Below, piece by piece: positions 40,301-50,000 of a stretch of DNA of 50,000 nucleotides. The translations under genes were made by a program, and so were the position numbers. A model generated the notes under the pieces. The model made no database searches. It was not told the DNA's origin and saw only the letters and a program-made list of their open reading frames with translations. The stretch is from Chiloscyllium plagiosum (Eukaryota). Within the stretch, counting starts at the first letter, position 1, and each line of letters opens with the position of its first letter. The stretch is from positions 1 through 50,000 of the forward strand of contig NW_025214735.1 of NCBI RefSeq assembly GCF_004010195.1, written 5' to 3'.

Positions 40301-42847
40301 TACGGTATCCCTGCTTTTCACCAAAGTAGTTACGAGGCCATAATATTTAAATCCCAATTTAAAATTTCAATATAGAATTCAACATTTAAATGATAGATGA
40401 TACCATAATCCAATGAAACTTTTGGCTGCAGGTGAATACCTGCAAATATTTCAGTAAAGAAACTGCTGTCAAACTGGTATAAAAGAGAAGTATATCCTTG
40501 TTACAAAGATGTAGACAGCATCTTGCTCTCAGCCATTCAATCTTTAACTGAGAAACTGCAAACCATGAAATGGCAAACATACAAGGTTGATTCCAAACTA
40601 CCAGAAGGTAATGGGCTTCAGATTATCATTAACATTTCATTTTCACATCTTATGTCGCATTGAGCTTTATAGTGCACTACTGTTTATTGGCTTAATCAAG
40701 ATCCCATTATGACTTGTTTGAACCTGTAAGCATTTATTAACCATTTCAAAGCCTGTGCTTCTCCTAAATTGAATATTCCCTGATTCAACAAACCAAATGT
40801 GTTTACCAAAAAAACACATTCTTAACTCAAAAATATCACATTCACAAAATGTGCAAGCTTCCTTACTAGTTTTACTAGGAAAGTAGGAACTAAAGTATGA
40901 CCAATCTTTACAAAGAGATTTGCAATTGTCTTGATATCTAAATGGCATATGTAGACTCTGATTACACTGCTCAGTGGATGCTGAACTGCTAATGAATACA
41001 CCATCTGACTAAAAATAGCTTTATTTTTTCCAGCCTTACTTCAATCTTCAACTAACCAATGAATATCATCTTCTACAGACATATTTAAACAGTGGAAGTT
41101 AATTTCTGAAATTTCTGGTATTTCCAATAGCAATATCCCTAATGGAAATTCAGTATGGTACAACATGAAATTGCCTAGTTTATTCCCCCCAAAACAAGCA
41201 GCACTTCTTTTTAACCAGTACAATATAAGAAGATTTTGTTTGAGTGCATCCCTGTTTTTGACACTGTATTCCCACACTTTTCAAGTTAGGGAGAAGAAAT
41301 GCATTCAACCTTTCTAAACCCTTTATATAACAAAAAGCTACAATTCTGTTCATCATACAATCTGGTATACTTAGACTTACACCTGTACAATTGTGTCTTG
41401 AGTTTGTTTTCAGGTGAAACTAAATTTTATGGTTACAAATGTTGTGCAGGTACAACATGTTGAAGTAGTTATGGCAAAGTGCTTTTCCACTGTTGGATCT
41501 TTTTCAAATAGAATTTGAAATAGACAATTCAATTTTGAACTGTACAACATTAACAATATTACATCAGTGACTGCACATTATAAGATCATGTAAAACATGG
41601 ATGTAATATTCAATTATAAGGATTTCTATAAGGTGATTTTTTTTAGCATTATAAATGGCCAATGGTTTAGCTAGTTACAAGAGCACACTCTGCCCAAATC
41701 AACATCATTGATCCACCCATTAAACCTTAATTGATGTTTTTGGTTATAAAAATAAATAATTCTTGCAACAAGAACGGAGGGTCCTCATTAATAGGTCCTC
41801 ATTAATAATATGTTAACGTAACTTAAAAAGAAGAAAACTTTCTGCATATTTGGAATGATTCTTCTTCAATATTCCAATTCTACCTGAACCTGTGCTTGCT
41901 TAAAAAAAATTAGAAAATAAAGCATACATCACATTTTAACATATGCTATGACTGGTCTTAAGGATATTGTAGGGTCATATACACATACAAACACACTCAC
42001 ACCCACATACTTCACAGCATTACCCAAACTACTGTCCTATACTGATCTTTACTGCTGATCTGTTGTCTGCCTCATTTTTTTTAAAAAGTGCAACCTAGAT
42101 CACAATACATTCAAGTCACTGTCTAAGGCAAAATGACTAGTATGTGTACTCCCAACTCCTTTGGTTTCTGCTTAAGTATATTAGCTGTCTTTTTTTTTAA
42201 GCATGCAGTTTTATCAAGGCTTAATGGCAATATGCCATGTTCATATGCAGAATTACATCTGTCAAGAAGCTGGTACACAGGGAACATGCCTTAGTTAAAT
42301 ATCTCTGCATATTAATGGGCGGTGGGTGGATGGGTTGGTTACGTGAATAGGGTTCAAAATACTTGTGAGTTTAGCACATGTTGCATTACCACATGGAGTT
42401 GTGTACTGCCTTTGCACAGCATTGTAGTCATTAAAAAGCTAAATTTCACACATTTCAATTATTGTTGTGGTGGTTTATTTTGTGTAAAAGTTCTGTCCCC
42501 ACAGGTAAGAATCATGTAGCTTTTCTTTCACTAAATCAGTTTCTTCAAAACATAAAAATCTTGAACGAGGATCAACCACAGCCCAAACGTAATGGATACG
42601 GAGCTTGGCTGATTCAAGTATTTTAAACCCTGTTGTTACTTGTTTAGGAATACGAAAGTGTTGCCTTAGCATAGGAACTAAATAGTCTGGAAAGTGTTAC
42701 ACGCTAGTGACCTGTATAACAAATCTATCGTACAATATTCAGCAGACACTTATTTATATCTGCTTTCCCTCATTTTTTTAAAAATTTCCATTTGAGTGCT
42801 TCCCCTTAGACAACTGGTTGAATGTTCTGGTTATATGGGACTCCCAG
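37310..42847 (-). other. MAP1B: Probable long MAP1B 3' UTR
   Basis: AT-rich stretch with no recognisable LINE/SINE directly after the stop. Minus-strand AATAAA at 37331-37336 is followed by a GU-rich tract. The distal end is inferred. Confidence 0.55.
41780..41807. repeat. Perfect 14-bp tandem duplication
   Basis: ggtcctcattaata x2. Confidence 0.85.
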
Positions 42848-43003
42848 TTACAATTCGATCTTGCACGCAGGGAACGATTCATCTTGCATGACGACAGTGC
42901 TGCTACTTGCTAGTACCATGATGTTCAGGTCCTGTTGCTTCTCATGCGTTTGCTGGTACCATTCCCTCATGACTTCTGAGTCATGGGTTGGGATTAAAGT
43001 AAC
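42848..43003 (-). CDS. MAP1B: Microtubule-associated protein 1B, last coding exon (not in the ORF track)
   Basis: Acceptor ggattttag|GTT. Translates VTLIPTHDSEVMREWYQQTHEKQQDLNIMVLASSSTVVMQDESFPACKIEL*; DSEVM, KQQDLNIM and terminal KIEL match MAP1B rather than MAP1A. Confidence 0.96.
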   Translation of the reverse strand, partial: VTLIPTHDSEVMREWYQQTHEKQQDLNIMVLASSSTVVMQDESFPACKIEL

Positions 43004-43734
43004 CTAAAATCCAACAGAAAACCACGATGAAACTCTACTGCAGGTACAATCCACGAAACAATCAAGTCTCTGTTAATCATGATTCAATCAGTTATGAAGA
43101 TATGAGGAAAGTGAAGTCGATGAAATAAGTTGCCAGCTCTGAGTACTGACCCTTTATTAACACTCAAAAGAGAGGTGAATAAGTTCCTGGCTGGAGCAGA
43201 ATTCGCATCTTACAAAATGCAGCAGAAACACAATTTCATTAATGTCAAAAAGTCCTCTATGGTATTTCTCAGCAATGACTTTCAAATAAAATTCCAACTG
43301 AATTATTTAAAGACATATTAGGCAGATCACAAAAAGCTTTGATAAATAAGTTTCATGAACTGTTTAAACAGAAGAGAGAAATATGGAGGGAGGAGGGAGG
43401 GAGTTGTATTGCTCAGGGCCAACGCAAAGAAGGAACAAACAGTTACTAATTGGGGGAACAATGAAAATTCAGGATACTTAACAGGCTAGTATGAGTGCAG
43501 AGATTTGAACAGGAGTATTATATATTTGAACAGGAGACAGAGAGGTGCAATCTTGTAGAGGGATTTGAAAAAAAAATCAAATTTTAAATTTGAGGTACTG
43601 ATGGACCAAGAATCATCATAGATCAATAATTAAATGGTGATTTGTAGTTCACTCTTTTTATCTCGCACTTTTCAATAGCAGTGTTAGATTTTCTAACTTT
43701 CAATCCCTTGGGATCGCTTTAAACCATGGTATTT

Positions 43735-44480
43735 CAGAATCATTGAGATATATAGTACAGAAACAGGCCCTTCAGCCTGACTTATCCATGCCAACCAGGT
43801 TTCCTAAACTGAACTAGTCCCATTTGCCTGCATTTGGCCCATTTGCCTCTAAACCTTTCCTCTCCATGCAACGAACCAAATGCCTTTTAAATGTTGTAAC
43901 TGTTTTCACCTCTATCATTTCCTCTGGTCATTTGTTCCATATAGGCACGACCCTGCATGTGAAAAAGATACCCCCCAGCTCCCTTTTAAATCTTTCTCCT
44001 CTTACCTTAAATCTCTAGTTTTGGACTCCCTTGGCTATTCACCTCATCTACACCCCTCATGGATTTTATAAACCTCTATAAGGTCACTCCCTAGCCTTCT
44101 ATGCTACAAGGAAAGAAGTCCCAGACTATCCAGCCTCACCTTATAACTCAAATGTTCCAGTAGTAATTTTGTTTGCAGCCTTTCCAGTTTAATAGCATCC
44201 TTCCGATAGCAGGCTAACCAGAATTGTATGCTGTACTCCAAATGTGGCCTTACCAATGTCTTGTACAGCTGTTAAAATTGATAAATCAAACCACTGCATC
44301 CAGCATCTCTGCAGCTCTTTCTTTTAGATCCCCAGGATGCACACAAAGTATCTCAGAGATTTACTGCCATTAATCCTTTAAGTTTCTTTAATATTCTTTC
44401 TGCGCGGGTATTAATTACTTTAAGTTCCTCACTCATGTTGGCCCTTGGGTTAACCTCTATTTCTGGCCTGTAATTTGCCT
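43735..44480 (-). mobile_element. CR1/HER1-type LINE fragments in the last MAP1B intron
   Basis: Tail resembles the 9119 and 11278 copies (gaaacaggcccttcagcc...ctataaggtcac). Confidence 0.75.
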
Positions 44481-45072
44481 TCTCTTGAAAGGAAAAAACA
44501 CCGATGGCAATGAGACCATTAATTGGCCACATATGATCCTCAGTAGGAATACCCAGCTTTCAAAGCTGCCTGTATGGTTGCCTAAACTCCAGCCCTATAT
44601 TAATAAGTCAAAGAGGAAACCAAAATGCTTAAAGATAATTTTAGCAATTAGGATTTAGGAATTTCATTTGAGGACGCAGTAATGTTGAATATTACAAGAA
44701 ATGAGAAAGGGCAAATGTTACAAGACTTCCAAGGAACAAGATGTTATTGCTTCATTGAAGATCACGTAAGAAATTAAGCCACAGAAACTCAGTCATTATA
44801 CTGTAAGAACAAACAGGAGAAGGCTTAAGAGCTCATCACAGTAATACAGCCAGCAATGAGGTTCATTAGCATATTCCTGGTGGACGTGCCCATTTGTAGT
44901 TATTGTAACTTCAGTGTTCACTCCAACTTATCTGTAGTAACATTAATGGGAAAACAACTGCATACGGTACAAATAAAAGTTTACAATATTGTAAGTATGC
45001 TATTCAATGGGATTCATTTGGAAAATTAGATAAAAATGAAATATTTTGAAAGAAAGAATTTTGTAAGCATAC

Positions 45073-45311
45073 CTGCATATTACTACTCCACTGAGACTTG
45101 CCCTCCAGGAGAGCATCCAGTACAGCCCTGCTTGGTTCATCCGCTGCATGGTCATTTCCACTCACTACATAGTAGGAAGATCTCACTCGTTTGAAAAACT
45201 CTGCATCCACAGTCTTGGCACTGCAGTGATTTGGAATGTATACCAGGTCAAGGTACACAGGAGGTCCTGGAGGCACTGATGGCATGCCTGCTGCCTTACT
45301 GCTGCTGGAAG
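45073..45311 (-). CDS. MAP1B: Microtubule-associated protein 1B, penultimate coding exon (light chain LC1 region)
   Basis: Minus-strand acceptor ctctgtctattaaag|CT and donor ATGCAG|gtatgc; 239 nt. Encodes ...VPPGPPVYLDLVYIPNHCSAKTVDAEFFKRVRSSYYVVSGNDHAADEPSRAVLDALLEGKSQWSSNMQ. Confidence 0.95.
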
Positions 45312-47882
45312 CTTTAATAGACAGAGGACAGTATTTCACTCGAATGGCATTACAAAAATTAATTCTACTGAACAGAAAGAAAATGTCATGTTTTTGTTCT
45401 AAACACAATAATCCACCAACAATACTTAAATCAATTACTTTTTTGCCCAGTTTTTCCATGCATCTCCTTGAGGTTTGTATTAAGTATATTCTAGAGGTGG
45501 TGCTGCTTATACAGTATAACATTGATCATGTGATTCATCAAGCCTAGACAGTGCACATTGGTAGACAATTCAACCACTGAAGGCCTAACACTTCTTATCT
45601 AAATACAGGAGGCATCTTTTGCCTTGTATTATTATTCCAAATGGATGGTATCACCTTACTACCAATGATCTGTTCAGCCTCATATTCAATTCTATTTTGA
45701 AACCAACTAAAGCTTCCAATCCATTGCACATTCCAAAGGAAGCACCAAATTGTGATTTAGAACAGAAATGACAATTTTTTTTTTGTCCTCCTTAAGCTAC
45801 AGTTCTGTGAGCTTCAGTTCTTTCTGGGTGAGCTCAGTAAGGTCAACTCTAACAGAGAACTGAATTGGAGGCTTTTATAAATGAGTTCCCAATCAAATGA
45901 TCCCTTTACCCAATGATGGGCAAAGTTCATCACTTGTTGTAGATTTTGAAAGACATAGGGACATTTTTGAACAGCTTAATATTCCCTTGAACTAAATGAA
46001 TCCCATCTCGACAAATGTTTCAATAAATATGGGGCTGATAAATAGGATTATTCCAGATTAAATTGTAGCCATCCTTTGTGCACAATCATAAAATATGGAG
46101 AGATCAAAATCATTAAACGTTGAAGCACTGAATCATCAAACACCACATCTGAGGATTGTTGAAAGTGTTTGCTGTGAAATCTTTCTGAGGAGATAATGAT
46201 ACAATGGTAATGATCCCTCGACTTCAATATCACTAACCCTGCATGGCCTGTGCACTGTCTCCTCAGATACCCAGGCCTCCTGCTTTCAACCACCTTCACC
46301 AGCACCAACAGTCCAGGGAAGACCAGGATGAGCAGACAGGGATGTGAGAGGCAATGGCAGCTACTCCATGGGGATCTAGTTGCCTTAAGCATGTGATGGT
46401 CTGGCTGCCTCAATAAACAGGCTGGTGCTGGCATTGACAGACAGGTCCAGGTACAGTCCATCACCACAGCCAGTGGGCCTCAGGACAAAGGGCTGTGATG
46501 GGAGAGATGGGTACTGGCCACTTACTCCAGATCTCCTTTCCTCTCAAAAAGAAGGGCAAGTGTCTGAAGGGAACCCAGCCGGAGGAAATACATGCCCCTC
46601 AGAAGTCTCTTCTCAGGACATTCCTGAAGTGGCAGCACCATCCACTATACTCTCTCCACCACCTCTCAGCCTTGGACATTCAAGTTGAGAATTCACTTGA
46701 CTCTGGCACAAGATCCTTGTCCAGACACAAACACCTCCTGGGTTTACCTGATCAGATCTCCAGGGCCAACAGCTCCTCCAGCTCAGCTGCAGAAGCTGGT
46801 ACATCACTGAGATGCAGCGGGAGGGAAAGTAAGAAAGAAACCTATTACAGCCGTTTTGATGGCATGGGTGAACAATGCACTGTATATGAAGTACCACATT
46901 TGTACTGTTTTGTATTGCACCCATTTATTGAGTCTCTGCGTAGCCCTGAATATTACTGTGCTAACACAACGCCTAACTTCATGTCCATGCTGGATGCATC
47001 ATGAATAGAGTCTGTTGCCACATATGAAAACAAAATGAACAAGGTGCACACAGGGACATGGGTTATTGCCTCTCGTGCTAAAATATTGATATTCTGCCCC
47101 TGCCCTCTGTTTCCAGAAGTGTTTATCTGAATGAAGAGGTCAGTGATAACTGGGGCACATCTGTGATCAGGACATGGCTCTGTGTGTAACGTTGATTTGT
47201 GGGCTTTGTAGACCCCCCGCCCCCCCCCCTCAGAGCATGGGACACTTACTCTCTTCCACTCCATGTATGTCTGCAGCCATTTTTCTCCCCAATATATAGT
47301 TTCAAATTTCACCACAATGGAAGATGACAGTGAGCACATATTAGCTATTGGCTTCCAGACTCTGTCTCTACAAGTCAGTGAGGCCTCTGAATGTTCAGAA
47401 CCTCTCCTGATAGCCCTTCCCATGAATTCCATAGGCTTCTCACCTGCCCAGGTCTCCACCTAACATGGCCACATGAGTCTTCACTTACCCACCATTTCCC
47501 CCTCAGTCCCTGAGCTGACCATGCCAAGTGCAGAGCCCTGGATGAGAGGTGACCAGACCCCTGACTGACGCCTATACATCTCCAGAACTGCATTGCCCTA
47601 GTTCCTCCAAGCCCCAGACCAGCTGCTATAGAGTCATTGACAGACCATGACCCTCTCTTGAATGAGAGGCACAGACTGAGATCACGCTGATAAGATATCT
47701 AACTATAACCAATCTCCTGGACTGGTATCGGCTGCTCTTGAATCACTGTGCTGGGACCCCTGACTGATTGGTGCCTCATAGACTACTCTCCTGAGCCTTT
47801 GAGACATGGCTGCCTGTTGTAGCACGTGTGGTGTGTTTGCTGCTTAAGCTGCTGGCACATGGTGCAGGTGTGAGTTTGATGT

Positions 47883-48099
47883 AGCTGAAAATGTGTTGCT
47901 GGAAAAGCGCAGCAGGTCAGGCAGCATCCAAGGAACAGGAGAATCAACGTTTCGGGCATAAGCCCTTCTTCCTGAAGAAGGGCTTATGCCCGAAACGTCG
48001 ATTCTACTGTTCCTTGGATGCTGCCTGACCTGCTGCGCTTTTCCAGCAACACATTTTCAGCTCTGATCTCCAGCAACTGCAGCCCTCACTTTCTCTCAA
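47883..48099. mobile_element. Penelope-type insertion (family A) forming an 89-bp-arm palindrome
   Basis: 47883-47971 is the reverse complement of 47974-48062 (2 mismatches seen); 15-bp TSD tgagtttgatgtagc at 47871-47885 and 48100-48114. Confidence 0.85.
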
Positions 48100-49426
48100 T
48101 GAGTTTGATGTAGCACAGTGTCCCTTGTCAGAGGAGTGCTGACCAGCAAGGCCCGGTATGCAACTGAGCTAACTGGCAAGGTAAGGCAAGGCGTGGATGT
48201 TGCGACCTTGTAGGGAGGTGTTAAGTGAGCGACTGCAAAGAGAGAAAGCGATCAACCCTGACATGCTTCCTCTTCCAAACCATGGGCTGGTGCCTGTCCC
48301 TCCACAGAAACTATCCTTGCAGTAGCCTTTTGATGGTTGCTGGTGCTTCCTGCTGATGGATCAGAGAGTTAGCAATGAGGATCATGAGGGTTTTGCTATT
48401 GTTGGACGCCAACTTCAGCGGGTCAGGGTACACGTAACTGTTGCATATGGATTATGATCTGAGACTCTGGTGCTGAGGAGCACAAACCTTCCTTGCAGCC
48501 ATCAATGAACTGATGGTGCTGGATACCCACTCTGACTTCCATGTTGAGAATTCTTGATATCTGGCTTGCTCAGGGCAGCTGGGAATATGGGAAGCTGAAC
48601 ATTAGTGAAGTGAATCATGTCATTAATAAGGCATTGAACAAGCTATAGCCCCACTGAGTTGGTAACTCACCACTGCTAGACAGAAATATGGCTCACTGTT
48701 GAGTAAATGCATAAAAGATGGGGCAAGTTGCTCCCGAGGACAGGATAGGCTGTACTTCTCATGTGATTCTGCCACAAATCTCACCGGCGCTCATATTGCT
48801 GAGGTCCCTGTTAGATTCTACCCTTAACTGTTCACTTTCTGGGCAGGGCAGGTTGAATGATATTCATTATCAATGATCAAATTGTTGAAAGTGCGCACAC
48901 TTTTAACTGCAAGATATAACTTCGTTAATGGGAAATTGATGTGTAAATGCAGCAACTTCATGAAACTCAGGGGAGGTTAAATAGAAGATGCTGTCTTCAT
49001 GAAGCTAGTGGCACAGCTTTGCAAACTGGCCAGAAACTTGCAGTGATTTGCAATTCTTGAGGTGTCTGTGCCTTCCTTGTTCCAAAATGTTGGCTGATTT
49101 GGGTGTTAATATAAAATGCAATTCAGATAGAAGAACCTTTGCCAGAAAATCTAGTCCAATTTTTCTGATCTCAACAAAAGATCAATACATGAAGCAGTAA
49201 CTGGTCTCTTTTCTCTCAATATTGACTGAGTTGCTTTTCCCTTCATTTTTAGCTTTTGTTGTAGACATTACTAATCATTCTTTGTTTTCAACATTATCTT
49301 GTTTCATGCACTTACATTTTTAACCGCAAGATTTAACTTTCTGTTACATCGTTAATGGGCAAAAAAAAACTGACCTTGGGGTCACAGGTATTCTGCACTG
49401 TGAAAACTCTGTGCAGAGACATATCA

Positions 49427-49816
49427 CAGAATCCCTACAGTGTGCAAGCAGGCTATTTGGCCCATCAAGTCACACTATCCTCCAAAGAGCATCCTGCCAA
49501 CATTGGCCAGAATGTTAGGTGTCGGGGAATGGGTCTGGGTGGGTTGCTCTTTGGAGGGTCGGTGTGGACCTGTTGGGCCGAAGGGCCTGTTTCCACACTG
49601 TAGGGAATCAAATCAAATCTAATCTAACCCTGTATTTTCCATGGCTAATCCATCTAACCTACATTTCTTTGGACTGTGGGAGGAAACTGAGGCATCCAAG
49701 GGAAACCCACGCAGACACAGGGAGAATGTGAAAACACCACACAGTCATCTGAGGGTGGGATCGAACCCAGGTCCGTGTGAGGCAGCATTGCTAACTACAC
49801 AGCCACCGTGCTGCCC
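49427..49816. mobile_element. Rearranged HE1-type SINE pieces (minus tail, plus tail, minus head and core)
   Basis: 49630-49816 is the reverse complement of the SINE head and core; ~49427-49500 and ~49515-49625 are opposed copies of the tail. Confidence 0.75.
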
Positions 49817-50000
49817 AAATATTTCAATTTAAATTTCGCAGTTGAGCATCCAGAAGAGAGTGGTGCTTCCAGTGCTGTTCACCAGGGCTGCTACCATCCC
49901 AGTCAATCAGGACGAGGTCAGCCCTGGCGTACACAAGAGAGACTGAATATGTGAGGAACTGCTCTTCCAATCAAAGCTCTGCCTGTTTCACATTTCTCCA

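Noticed and set aside
45004..45522. 172-aa ORF as a stand-alone gene
   Set aside because: Only 45073-45311 is MAP1B-like and is bounded by splice sites; the rest is intron read-through.
42822..45547. Plus-strand ORFs 42822-43007 and 45236-45547
   Set aside because: Antisense shadows of MAP1B exons with no independent support.
47883..48062. miRNA precursor or MITE
   Set aside because: The arms are copies of a dispersed repeat also present in single orientation, the structure is asymmetric, and the 15-bp TSD fits retro-insertion with inversion.

Overview
Eukaryotic, repeat-rich genomic DNA from a cartilaginous fish (shark-type CR1/HER1 LINEs, HE1-type tRNA SINEs, Deu-type SINEs); the taxon is inferred from the repeat content. 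It holds the convergent 3' ends of two genes. MRPS27 is on the + strand (last two coding exons, 3337-3498 and 15748-15987). MAP1B is on the - strand (last two coding exons, 45073-45311 and 42848-43003), followed by a ~6 kb almost repeat-free stretch that is probably its 3' UTR. This tail-to-tail order matches human. Most short ORFs in the track are LINE remnants or noise. The most notable observations are: (1) nine short Penelope-type insertions from three sequence families, most with target-site duplications and several with inverted arms, carrying minimal hammerhead-ribozyme motifs whose stems covary between families (one copy, 4542-4577, looks intact); (2) a ~140 bp antisense 28S rRNA fragment replacing part of a CR1 LINE; (3) an 89-bp-arm near-perfect palindrome in a MAP1B intron; (4) a tight miR-181/miR-124/miR-9 seed cluster in the putative MAP1B 3' UTR. 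Repeat family names come from recalled consensus features, not a database search, and repeat boundaries are approximate.
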